DNA of 64,000 bases from Octopus vulgaris (Eukaryota): contig OX597829.1 in the NCBI GenBank assembly GCA_951406725.2, positions 1 through 64,000 of the forward strand, read 5' to 3'. Position 1 is the stretch's first letter, and each line of letters begins with the position of its first letter. Shown in pieces: positions 45,001-57,483 of the stretch. Under the pieces are notes generated by a model. That model saw only the letters and a program-made list of their open reading frames with translations, did no database searches and was not told the origin of the DNA. The translations under genes were made by a program, and so were the position numbers.

Positions 45001-45640
45001 GTACGTATATATGTGTGTGTGTATGTATGTATAGCATATTATCATTATATTCATCATCATCATAGTTGTCTTCATGTCCATATTTCCAAGCTTGCATGTC
45101 CAAGCGAAATTCGTTGGTACAGGATTCTTCAGCCAAATGGCCTTTCTACGGACAACTGCACTTGTTTCAAAGCTTGTTAATGTTTTTCCATGTGTACATG
45201 CGCATGCGCAAATGTGTGCATAACATATAATATATATATATATGAAATATAATATATATTTAATATATGTATTCAATATGTGCATATATGTATACAATAT
45301 ATGTATATAATATATATATATATATATAGTATAAATATATGTAATATATGTATATATAATATATATTATACATAATATACGTATATATTACATAATATAT
45401 ATAATATATATGATATATATAATATCAATATCTGCAATATATGTATATATTACATATAAATATAATATAAATATATTTAATATACGTATATATAATATAT
45501 GTATATTTTACATAATATATGTATATATTATATAATATATATATATATATATACATATATTATATAATATATATATATATACATACATATAATATAAATA
45601 TATGTAATGTATGTATGATATATATGTATATAATATATAT

Positions 45641-45834
45641 ATGTATACAATATTTACAATTGCCGGATATTTGTCCTCATCATGTTTGTGTTAAAACAAC
45701 GTTTCGGGTGATATACCCTCCAGCCTTCATCAAGTGTCTTGGGGAAATCGGGTATCTAGGGTTCTCATTCCTAAGGTATTTTTTGATGTTGTTGTTGTTG
45801 TTGTTATTATCATTATTATTATTATTATTATTAC

Positions 45835-45925
<91 letters not shown>

Positions 45926-46052
45926 ATCATTATTTAGGACACTGCCTGGAATCCAACTCGGAATCTTGGGGTTAGTAACCCGCGTTCTTAACCACTACGC
46001 CATATGCCCGTAGGCATATCCGTTAATTGTAAATAATGTATATAATTCCTCG
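45641..46052 (-). mobile_element. tRNA-headed short element with HHR-like tail and inverted terminal segment
   Basis: Minus strand: tRNA-like head 46009-45936, (TAA)n, then gacac-TTGATGA-aggctggagggtatatcaccc-GAAAC-GTT (45740-45693). The 3' end 45641-45670 recurs inverted at 46016-46044. Confidence 0.6.
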
Positions 46053-46282
46053 TAATATATATATATATATATACTATACATAACATAAATATATATATAT
46101 GTAACATATGTATATATAATATATAATATATATATAGTATACATAATATAAGCATATATTACATAATATATATATGATATAATATAGATCTATATGAAAT
46201 ATATAGCATATATAAATATAATATGTATATAATACATACATACATACATATATATATATATAATATAATATAATATAATATA

Positions 46283-46670
46283 TAGCGCAGGAGCGGGTGT
46301 GTGAAAAGTAGCTTGCGCACCAATCACATGGTTCCGGGTTCAGTTCCACTCGTGGCACCTTGGGCAAGTGTCTTCTACTATAGCGTCGGGCCGACCAAAG
46401 CCTTGTGAGTGGATTTGGTAGACGGAAACTGAAAGAAGCCCGTCGTATATATGTATGTGTGTGTGTTTGTGTTTGTCTGTGTTTGTCCTCACAACATCGC
46501 TTGACAACCGATGCTGGTGTGTTTACGTCCCCGTCACATAGCGGTTCGGCAAAAGAGACCGATAGAATAAGTACTAGACTTACAAAGAATAAGTCCTGGG
46601 GTCGATTTGCTCGACTAAAAGGCGGTTCTCCAGCATGGCTGCAGTCAAATGACTGAAACAAGTAAAAGAG
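46283..46670 (+). mobile_element. SINE family A, full-length
   Basis: Aligns end to end with 2352-2750. Confidence 0.85.
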
Positions 46671-46731
46671 TATGTGTGTGTGTGTGTGTGTGTGTATAGC
46701 CTATTTGTGTGTTTGTTTTTGTTTATATATC

Positions 46732-46933
46732 ATGGCAAAATCGTTAAGCACGCCGGGCGAAATGCTTAGCGGTATTTCGTCTGTCGCTAATGTTTTGAGT
46801 TCAAATTCCGCCGTAGTCGTCTTTGCTTTTCATCCTTTCGGGGTCGATAAATTAAGTACCAGTTGCGTACTGGAGTCGATCTAATCGACTAGCCCTCTCC
46901 CCCAAAATTTCGGTATTTGTGCCTAGAGTAGAA

Positions 46934-46935
<2 letters not shown>
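46732..46935 (+). mobile_element. SINE family B
   Basis: Same head, core and tail type as the 33460 copy, with CpGs intact. Confidence 0.8.
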
Positions 46936-46999
<64 letters not shown>

Positions 47000-47740
47000 C
47001 ATATGATAATATAAATAATATATAAATATATACATATATACATACATATATGTTCATACCTACATTTATATGTATATACACATGCATATATGGATACAGG
47101 ACATCAAAAAACCGTCGAACACAATGAGAAACGAAAACATAATAACAAAAACATGGAAACGAACTATTTTTCAAACAACGAAAAAACAGAGAAACAAGAC
47201 ATACAACACAAGGAATATTCCCCTTCTTCCGTTGTCCTTGCTTCGTCCACTCCGCGTTACGAAGGTAAGGACAAGACGCGACTTCGTTGAAACAATCCTT
47301 CCCGCAACGCAAATTAAATAGAATTTGGTATTTTTTGCGGAGGAATAAAAGTGGTAACAAGAACAGGACAGTAAGAACAAAACAAGACAGTAAAAACAAT
47401 AAGAGTAAAAATAGTAAAAGACAGAACAAAGAGAGCAAAACAGTAAAAACAAACGGTGAAGGTTGTTAAGCGAAGACGCTGGAAAAATTATTTTGAATGC
47501 TTGAGGAGACAGCTTATGAGAGAGACAGGATAAGCGGTCTGGTCTTGGTGAAGATAGCAGTTGGAAAGATGGCTTCCCTTTGGTCACGTGTCAGTGACGA
47601 GAGAGTCGGGGAGGAGTAAGAGAGAGGGAACAGTGAAGGGGAGAGGAGAAGAATAGGGAAGGGTGGGCGAGAAAAACAGAAAAGATCAAGAACAAGAGGG
47701 ATATATATATATATATATATATACATAGATATAGATAATA

Positions 47741-47779
<39 letters not shown>

Positions 47780-48039
47780 TAATAATAATAAATGTGATAT
47801 ATATGTATAATATTTATATATATGTATGTATTTGTGTATCTGTGTCTGTACCCCCACACCATCGCTTGACAACTGGTGTTGGTGTCTTTACGTTTCACAA
47901 CTTAGTGGTTCGGCAAAAGAGACCGATATAATAAGGCCTAGGGTTGATGTTTTCAACGAAAGTCGGTGCTCCAGTATGATCGCTGTCAAATAACGGAAAC
48001 ATGTAAAAGAATAAGAGTATAGCAGATATTATATATATG

Positions 48040-49065
48040 GGGCCACCTCTAATGACACGCAAATACTAAGCGGTGTTCCACAAGGCACTGTTTTGGAACC
48101 GCTACTGTTCATAATCGCCTTCTCAGATATGTCCGGACCCACACAAGTTTTGCAGGTTATATAAAACTCTCGCTGATGATACAGAACTCTGAGGACCTGC
48201 AATGTGAGTTAGATGAAACATACAAGTGTGTTAAGAAGAAGAACATACAGTTTAATGCCTAAAAGTTTCAAGCCCTATCCCATCAGCATGCAAAACTAAA
48301 TGCAATACCAATTAAATTCACTGAAGGTATTGCAATCCCAGAGTCACAATCAGTGTGAGACCTGGGCATTTACATGAGTAATGATGCATCATTGGCAATG
48401 AAATTTCGGCGGCTGACCGGATGGATTCTTAGATCATTTAAAACGAAAGATCAGGAAAATGTGATGGTCCTCAAGTGGACATTTGTCCTAAGCCGCTTTG
48501 ACTATTGCTCCTAGCTATGGTCACTAACTGTATAAAACTTATTGCAGAACTTGAGGCAATCCAACGAAGCTACACGAAGACAGCCTTTATGCAGCATATA
48601 AACTACTGGGAAAGACTCTGGAGATCGAGACTTTATTCCCTGGAGCTAAGGCGGGAAGGATATGCCGTAATATATCCTGGTGGGACTTGTCCCAAACTTT
48701 GGCAATGAGAGTTACAGTAACGCTAGAACATGGCGCCATTGCATATTGTCAAAGGCCCCAACTTTGCCATTAAAATATAGGACAAGATATTGCAACAGCT
48801 TGGACTTAAAAGGACTACAGTTCTTCAATATCCTCCCGAAGGACCTGAGAGACATGCATGTGGTGGATGTAGGTGTCTTTAAAACGAAATTAGATCGCAT
48901 ACTGTCAAGATGATCCAACTTCACAGCAGGAAGAGCAAATGAGGGCAGTGGCGTTAGGCATCAAATGTCATGTTCCAAAATGAATTAGTGAAGTAAAAGT
49001 TATGTAGAAACACCAAATGGTGGTGCCCTAGCATGGCCGCAGCTCGTGAGGCGAAACTAGTTCAG
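48040..49065 (+). pseudogene. Degenerate CR1-group LINE RT and 3' end
   Basis: SGVPQGTVL.PLLF, GWILRSFKT, LEAIQRSYT, YWERL..LYSLE.RRE, GLVPNFG and FKTKLD, with stops and frameshifts. Confidence 0.8.
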
Positions 49066-49079
49066 TTCAATTCAATACA

Positions 49080-49115
<36 letters not shown>

Positions 49116-49524
49116 GGTAAAGACCCCCTTCGGTCATGTGTGACCATGGGTTTGCACCTAGAGAGTTACCCTCTGAGGCACAAGTCTGGGCAAGGTTGTT
49201 TTTTTTTTATGGAAGACCAGCAGTCGCCCATGCATACCGGCCTCCCCTCTCCACGCCACCAGTGTTATCCAAGGGAAAGACAAAGGTCGATACAGCTTGG
49301 CACTTGTGACGTCGCAACTCATTTCTACAGCTGAGTGAACTGGAGCAACGTGAAATAAAGTGTTTTGCTCAAGAACACAACACGAGCAAAACACTTTATT
49401 TCATATATATAATTATATATACAATATGTATAATATATATGTATAATATATGCATATATATGATATATAAGATATATAGATAACACACATATATAAAATA
49501 TATATGTAATACATATATACATAC

Positions 49525-49556
<32 letters not shown>

Positions 49557-49566
49557 GTTTTTTATA

Positions 49567-49611
<45 letters not shown>

Positions 49612-49616
49612 ATATG

Positions 49617-49657
<41 letters not shown>

Positions 49658-49659
<2 letters not shown>

Positions 49660-49995
49660 TGCCAAAGATCCCAGCAATGCCATCACGCTTCAGGACCAGT
49701 TACTGCAACAGCCTGGGTTTCAAGGGCCCACAGCTTTTTAATATTCTCCCAAAGAGTCTGATGAACTTGCACAAAGTAGATGTAGCGGTTTTTAAATCAA
49801 AGCTGGACCTCTTCCTGTCGAGAGTCCCAGATGAACCTACCTCACGGCAAGAGGTGCAAATGAGGGTAGCTACATCAAACTCCATACTTCATCAAATGCC
49901 ACATATTAGAGGAGGCTCCTAGTAATAACAGCGTAGCGCAAAACGGCGGTGCGTCAGCATGGCCGCAGCTCTGAGCTGAAACAAGAAGAAAAAAA
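49658..49995 (+). mobile_element. CR1-group LINE 3' end (same family as 48040-49065)
   Basis: [33 protein letters not shown] followed by a 3' UTR ending cagcatggccgcagctctgagctgaaac. Confidence 0.8.
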
Positions 49996-50041
49996 ATATT
50001 TATATAAGTATTGTAGTTCGCTTAAAGCATTGGTGATTGTT

Positions 50042-50253
50042 TGTAAAGAATAAAACGTTTTGAATTGTACAACAATGCACTATAATACAAACAATAGGCT
50101 GTGTACCTGTTGTAATTTAGTCAGCCATAGTCTGAGAATATTTCGGAATAAAATTCCTTCTTCAGATATACTTAGACTCCATCCAAGAATATCTGAAGAA
50201 AGCCCATTGTTTGTATTATAGTGCATTGTTGTACCATTCAAAACGTTTTATCC

Positions 50254-50259
<6 letters not shown>
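50042..50259. repeat. 59-bp inverted repeat enclosing an HHR-like motif
   Basis: Arms 50042-50100/50201-50259. Minus strand reads CTGAAGA-a-GGAAT ttt ATTCC-GAAA-TATT. Confidence 0.75.
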
Positions 50260-50298
<39 letters not shown>

Positions 50299-50305
50299 TT
50301 ATATA

Positions 50306-50517
<212 letters not shown>

Positions 50518-50651
50518 GTCAAATGACTGAAACAAGTAAAAGAATGAAAGAATAAAAGAACGTATAATATATATATGTAATATATATAAATAATATATAT
50601 AAAATATATACATATAATATATTTATATAATGTATATATATATATATATGT

Positions 50652-50892
50652 GGAGGCGCGTGGCTTAGTGGTTAGGGTGTTGAACTCATGATCGTAAGGT
50701 TGTGGTTTTGGGTGATGTGTTGTGTTCTTGAGCAAAACACTTCCTTTTCACGTTGCTCCAGTCCATTCAACTGGCAAAAATTAGTAATCCTGCGACGGAG
50801 CGGCGTCCCGTCCAGGTGGGGAATTTCTACGCCACTGAGACCGGGAAACCGGCCCTTATGAGCCTGGCATGGCTCGAGAAGGAACATTTATT
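50652..50892 (+). mobile_element. tRNA-derived SINE family D
   Basis: Head ggaggcgcgtggcttagtggttagggtg (A box) and core gtgttcttgagcaaaacact..gttgctccagt, shared with 49110-49385(-), which has a different tail. Confidence 0.7.
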
Positions 50893-50921
50893 TATATTAT
50901 ATATTTATATACTATATATAT

Positions 50922-50964
<43 letters not shown>

Positions 50965-51061
50965 TTGATCCAAACATGGAAGCACAAAAAAAAACAACAA
51001 CGCGAGGACGTGGAACAAATATAGTATTATTGGACGCTCAGGAAAGAAAGGAAGAAGGAGG

Positions 51062-51096
51062 GTTTAACGTTTCGAGCGGAGCTCTTCGTCAGAAAC
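51062..51096 (-). ncRNA. Minimal type I hammerhead ribozyme motif
   Basis: GTTT-CTGACGA-a-GAGC tcc GCTC-GAAAC-GTT-AAAC: canonical core, 4-bp stems I and II, palindromic ACGT stem III. Lies in a ~210-bp island between (TA)n tracts. Confidence 0.75.
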
Positions 51097-51689
51097 ATAG
51101 GAGAAGGAAAGATCCAGAGAAGGGAAGACAGAGGGGAAAAAATTGCCAACAGTACACACGCGGTCACAATATATATATAGATAGATAGATATATGCTTGC
51201 ATAAATGTGGACAACAAGAAAATGACTCACTTTCGAAAGAAGCTAAATTATCTTCTGGCGGCTGTTGTGTCAGCCTAAGAAAAAAAAAAGGAGTGCAGAT
51301 AATGACAACTCGTAGGAAAAAAATGGTATATTTCTATGGACAATCCCATAGTCACGTTTTCCTGCAACGATTTGTGTAATCAGCATCGTATGTTTTCATC
51401 TTGATTCCAGCTATAGTGTCACATAAAGAAAAATACGTTTGAACTATTTCTGACCTCGGTAATTTGCATGATTAAAACAAAATTTACCAAAGTTGAATAT
51501 CTTAGATTATTCAATGTCAGGAATATAGACACTGAAGAAGTAAAGCCTGTTAAATAACTTACGAGGTAAACTGTTGATTTATTGAAATCATGTGATGAAA
51601 GTGATGCTGGTACCTTCTGTCACCTTTCTAAGTGTGGATCTAAAAGGCAAGGATTAGTATAACTCCAGGTAAAAAGTAAACAGGGAATC

Positions 51690-52150
51690 TGTGGAAAAGA
51701 AGTCGAAATTAATGACCATCTCTTAAGTGAATGCAGTAAGCTAACGTGAAAAGATTATAGGTAAAACAGTGAATAGGGACGTTAACCAAAGAAGTAAGTG
51801 GTATCAATACAAACTACTAGAATCTGTGGTAGACAATAATGATTACCGGATTTTATGACCATATTACTGGAGCAAGGAGACCAGATACGATGGTAGAGTA
51901 TATAAAAATGTGTAATAAGAATGACTTAACAGAGGAGTATGATTGTGTAGAGTGGATATCAAAATAATAGGGAAAAATCAAGAAATATCAGGATTTAGCC
52001 TTAGAGATGAGATTTTGGTACACAATGATGAAAATTGATCTTGTGGGAATAGGTGTACTTGGCACAACACCCAAACTGTTACCTAAGTGGCTGAAGGATA
52101 GTGGAAATGACAGGGTGATATTTCTGTAAGATTCCTTACAAAGATTCTCG
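51690..52150 (+). pseudogene. Highly degenerate R4/Dong-like C-terminal (RLE) fragment
   Basis: DHLLSECSKL, KWYQYK..VVDN, and QDLALEMRFW..LVGIGVLGT in broken frames. Confidence 0.6.
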
Positions 52151-52695
52151 AACAACAGCAGCAACAACAACAACAGGAATAGCATCGGCGGCAGCAGCAA
52201 CAGCAGCAGAGAGCATTACCAACTCACGGGAATTAGTAATAGCAACGTAAGTGACAAGAATGGTTGTGATGATCAATATCAGCTACAATGTCAATACCGT
52301 TAAACCATGGAGAACAGTCTTCTGGTTGCTGAATGATCCGTACACGAGCGCAAAATGATCTGAACAGGTAATTTTGCTGTTGTTGTTGTCCGACAGAGAA
52401 GTGTAATGCTGGATTGTTCAACAAAAATGATCCTATACAGCAGGATGGTCTAGTGAAAGAGAAGAAGAAAGAAAAGGAGGAGGAGAAGGCAAAGAAAAAT
52501 ATGAGGTCCATCAATGTTAGCCTATAAAGCAGGAGGTTCAAAAGGTGGTCTAAGGATAAAGACGGTTCAATAACGAAGGGGGATCAATAAGGGACCATCC
52601 ATAGAAGTAACAAGAAAGATAACCTATAAAAGGTGAACCGCATAGAAAAAATAGGGTCATCAACACGGAGCTGTCCTCACTGAGTAATCCATATA

Positions 52696-52928
52696 TATTT
52701 CTTTACTACCCACAAGGGGCTAAACACAGAGGGGACAAACAAGGACAGACAAAGGGATTCAGTCGATTATATCGACCCCATTGCGTAACTGGTACTTAAT
52801 TTATCGAACCCAAAAGGATGAAAGGCAAAGTTGACCTCTGCGGAAATTGAACTCAGAACGTAACGGCAGACGAAATACGGCTACGCATTTCGCCCGGCGC
52901 GCTAACGGTTCTGCCAACTTGCCGCCTT
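52696..52928 (-). mobile_element. SINE family B, alternative tail
   Basis: Highly similar to 54525-54756 and 44633-44772. Confidence 0.85.
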
Positions 52929-53311
52929 TTATAACCTATATAAGGTGAACCCCATAGAAGAAATAGGGCCATCCACACGGAGCTGTCCTCACTGAGTAAT
53001 CCATATAAAGTAAGCAATACGCAAGTAGTGGACTACATGATGAGCGAGGTAGGAGAGAGAGCCAAATAAGGATGGGTAGTTCAATGAGATAAATTCCTGA
53101 AACTTATCAACAAAAGGGGCATAGAATAGGCCACCTTACAAGACAGCAGTTCGACCAGGGTAGTTCCTCAAGAAATGGTCGGCATATATTAAATCGTAGA
53201 GGAATCAGTGTAGAAAGTTGGCAACAGATACACATAGTTATACATATATCACGTCGGTACGTACAAAGGAATGCACACACATACATACACGCGCACGCAC
53301 ACACACATACG

Positions 53312-53385
<74 letters not shown>

Positions 53386-53620
53386 TACACCCCTTCACCC
53401 ACTCACTTACTCACTTGCCAGCATACACATGCTGCGGCTAGTTTCACTCTGTCAACCACATTATCAGCAGAAAATTAGAATTTTCAACAAATATTGAATG
53501 AACCAGGAAATCAAAGTATCTTATAACTAAGGGAGAGTTTACGAAAAAAAAAAGAACGAAAGATGAAGACAGGTGATGTACAAAACAAACAGATGTATAG
53601 CGCTCAGGAATAGAAAAAGT

Positions 53621-53656
53621 CTTTTACGTTTCGAGCCTACGCTCTTCTACAGAAAG
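53621..53656 (-). ncRNA. Hammerhead-like motif, variant core (copy 1 of tandem)
   Basis: CTTT-CTGTAGA-a-GAGC gtag GCTC-GAAAC-GTA-AAAG. A second copy lies at 53818-53853. Confidence 0.6.
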
Positions 53657-54524
53657 GGACACAGAAAAAAACAAGGAGAGAAACAAGGAGAGAAACAAGG
53701 AGAGAAAAAATGTGTGTAGTGGCTAACGATCTATCATACGAAAAAAACCCAAAAGACGAAGACAGGTGGTGTACAAAACAAACATGTATTAGTATAACGC
53801 TCAGGAATAGAAAAAGTCTTTTACGTTTCGAGCCGACGCTCTTCTACAAAAAGGTACACAGAAAAAAACAAGGAGAGAAATTTAAAAAAAACAGGAATTT
53901 TGAAAGAAATTTGTGTAAAACTAGTTTTTAACATTCAAATGGCTATGGGGATCCAGCAGAGTAAAATAATAATTAAAGGGCCTAGAGATGAAAAATGGTT
54001 GAGAACCCCTGGACTAAACCTTTCAAGGGTGACGCCTCAATATGACCGCAGTCCAATGGCTGAAACAAGTTGAGAAATAAGAAATGATAATAAAGGATCG
54101 AAAGGATACTATTTGAATATTCTGCTTGCTTACAACTGAAGCAGTATTTAAGATACATCTCAGTATCCCAGTGATTGCCGAAATGATTGCACTTTATGAT
54201 TGTACTTTATGAAAAATCTTTGTACTTTATGAAAAATCATGTTACAATGTTGGTCTTGTGTGCACAACTTAATAACTTGCAGTTGAACATTGGACTTCAA
54301 ATGAGGAAGAGAAATGAAAAACGAGAGAAAGAGAGAGAGAGATAGAGGAGAGAGAAGAGAGAGAGGAGAGAGAAGAGAGAGAAGAGAGAGGGGGAGAAGA
54401 GAGAGAGGGAGGAGAGAGAAGAGAGAGAGAGGAAAGAGAGAGGAGAGAGAGAAGAGGGAGAGGAAAGAGAGAGGAGAGAGAAATAGAGAGATTGATGCAT
54501 GGATCGTTAGGAATATATATATAT

Positions 54525-54756
54525 ATTTCTTTACTACCCACAAGGGGCTAAACACAGAGGGGACAAACAAGGACAGACAAACGGATTAAGTCGATTATAT
54601 CGACCCCAGTGTGTAACTGGTACTCAATTTATCGACCCCGAAAGGATGAAAGGCAAAGTCGACCTCGGCGGAATTAGAACTGAGAACGTAACGGCAGACG
54701 AAATACGGCTATGCATTTCGCCCGGCGTGCTAACGTTTCTGCCAGCTCGCCGCCTT
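54525..54756 (-). mobile_element. SINE family B, alternative tail, with 12-bp TSD
   Basis: TSD gttaggaatata at 54506-54517 and 54758-54769. Confidence 0.85.
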
Positions 54757-54784
54757 TGTTAGGAATATAAATAGGTAAGGTAGG

Positions 54785-55115
54785 ATACAGGCTAGTCACC
54801 CACATAGTTAATTAGGCCATTCAGGAAGGTGTATTACCCAAGGACTGGCACAGCAGCATTGCTGTTAGTTGCTACAAGAGTAAGGTGATGTATTAGATAG
54901 AAACAATTATAAGAGGCATCAAACTTTTGGACCAGGTGATGAAAATTATGGGGAGAGTTATAGCCCAATTAATTAGGAGCAGAATTAGGCTAAACGAAAA
55001 GCAGTTTGGCTTTGTCCGGGGAAGAAGCACAACTGATGCTATTTTCATAGTCAGGCAACTGCAAGAGAAGCACTTAGTTAAGAATAAACCATTATATTTG
55101 GCATTCATAGAGTTC
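54785..55115 (+). pseudogene. RTE-clade LINE RT N-terminal fragment
   Basis: LPKDW.., IKLLDQVMKI.., QFGFVRGRSTTDAIFIVRQLQEKH..KNKPLYLAF. Confidence 0.8.
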
Positions 55116-55156
55116 AAGCCAGTAAAGACTTCTTTATATACATATATACATACATA

Positions 55157-55896
55157 TCTCTATATATAAAACTGAAATGCGTTTCGACCGCTTGGATCGC
55201 TTTCAAGGCCACTACATCCCGTCGGATTCACTCTAAAATTTACAGGGACATGTAAAATGAGGTGACGATGCCCGTGGGCTACGTTAGAAATCCCTATCTT
55301 AAAAGGTGTCGTTGCTAGAGCCAAAAACCCACTTTGACAAGTCCACTCCCGTTCTTTTACGTATCTATCTTCTTCACTCACGCTATTTCCTCCATTCCCC
55401 TCTAACTCCCCTTCAGTTTCCCTTTATAAGTTCGTCAAATGGCGTTCTTTTATGTATCTGTCTGCATTCATAGAGAGAATTATCATCGCCACAACCAACA
55501 CACAATCATGAGAACAAATATTATGAATCAGATATTTCTTGCGTTCATTTATATGTGTGTGTGTGTGTGTGTGTGTTCTCTATATAAATATGTATATATA
55601 ATGTATATATACAAAGTGTATATATCTGTATTTATGTACATTAAACTTTTTAATACTTTTTGATAGTTATATATATTTTAAAACAAATTATAAATATAAT
55701 TTAATAATTTTTATTTTAAATTTAAATAATTAAAATTTTTCAATTTTATATTTTCTATATTTTCTATATTATATTTTTATTTTCATGTTTTTGTTTTTGG
55801 TTTTTCACTGTTTGATTTGCCTATTAGTGGTTTTATCTCTAATTTAAATTATACATATATATATATAATTTGTATACATTTGTATATATAATGCGT

Positions 55897-55949
<53 letters not shown>

Positions 55950-57483
55950 CACACATATATATATATATAATGTGTGCATTATGTGGTCGGTCGGTTCAGC
56001 TGAAAATTTGCACACCTATGTTAAAAGTGCTGGCAAGTTTGCATGACAACTATTTTTTTCCTCAGATGAAAGGCGTGACCTCTAGGACAAAATTCCTCAT
56101 CTTATAAAATGTGGCCCCAGTAGACCCGAATGAAATCGGGTTATATTAACCAAAATGTGAAAAGGGGTCTAAATGGGACTGGAAGGGGATTAAAATTTAA
56201 AGGAGCGAGTGTTTAGGAATTCTCTGTTACATCAAGCTAAAAAATTTGCGCCAGCCTTTTAATCGTCAATGTGTTGCCGTCCATGATGAAGAAGTTTTGA
56301 ATGCGTGAGAAAGAATCACCTCAAAACTTGGTGTTTACGAATTTTCTTTTACATCAAGTTCAAAATTTTACGCCAGCCATTAAACTATCAATACGTTGCT
56401 GTCCGTCGTTAAGAAATGCCAGCCATGGTGACTCTACTATCCTCAGATTCTATCCCTTCAAACTTTGGTTTCCAATATTTTATTATTTTTATTCAGCTCG
56501 CAAGTTCGTCTGTCGCTTTTAAATGTTAGCGTTTTGTTGTCTGCCTTGAAGCCACTGCCTGATATTTATGATTGATCTTTCTAAATATTTTATTTCTCAA
56601 CTTACTCAAGATCTTTTGTTGTTTATAATTGGGAGAGAGATAAAGATAGAGAGTAAGAGAAAGCGAAAGTAAGAGAAAGTAAGAGAGTGGGAAAGTGAGA
56701 GAGAAAGGAGAGAGAAACAAAGAGGGAGAATCATCATCATCATCATCGTTTAACGTCCGTTTTCCGTGCTAGCACGGGTTGGACAGTTTGACCGGGGTCT
56801 GGGAAGCCAGAAGGCTGCACCAGGCTCCAGTCTGATCTGGCAGTGTTTCTACAGGTGGATGACCTTCCTAACGCCAACCACTCTGTGAGTGTAGTGGGTG
56901 CTCTTTTCGTGCCGCCGGCACAGGTGCCAGGAGGGCTCGCAGCGGCCACGATCGGTTGGTGCTTTTTACGTGCCACCGGCACAGAAGCCAGTCAAGGCTG
57001 CGCTGCAATCGGCCACGTTCGGATGATGCTTTTTACGTGCTCATATGGGTCTATGATGGTGATGTCAATGCTGACTGTAATGATGATGATGATGATCAAC
57101 AGCAACAGCCGCAGTAGCGCCTTCACCATCACTATCATCATCATCAACAACAACAACATTATTTTGAAGACTATAATGTTGGAGTTGTTGACGTTGGTAG
57201 CTTTGATACTAAGGACAATGATGATACGATGGTGGCTGTACCTGGGTATGCTACATACGTTTATGCATATATACATATATATATAATATATATTTTCTTC
57301 TAGTTTCAGCTCAGAGCTGCGGCCATGCTGATGCACCGCCGTTTTGTGCTACGCTGTTGTTATTAAAAGCCTCCTCTAATATGTGGTACTTGGTGAAGAA
57401 TGGAGTTTGATATAGCTGAAAGGAAGCAACAGAAGGTAACAACCACACTCTTACCCGCGCGTAGAGCGGGTCACCTTCAGCTA

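Noticed and set aside
45936-46009. Functional tRNA gene
   Set aside because: Imperfect stems and B box, fused to (TAA)n and a repeat tail; better read as a SINE-type head.
55172-55210. Hammerhead-like cttgaaag..cgaaacgc on the minus strand
   Set aside because: Core and stem I do not fit; it lies at a Helitron 5' end.
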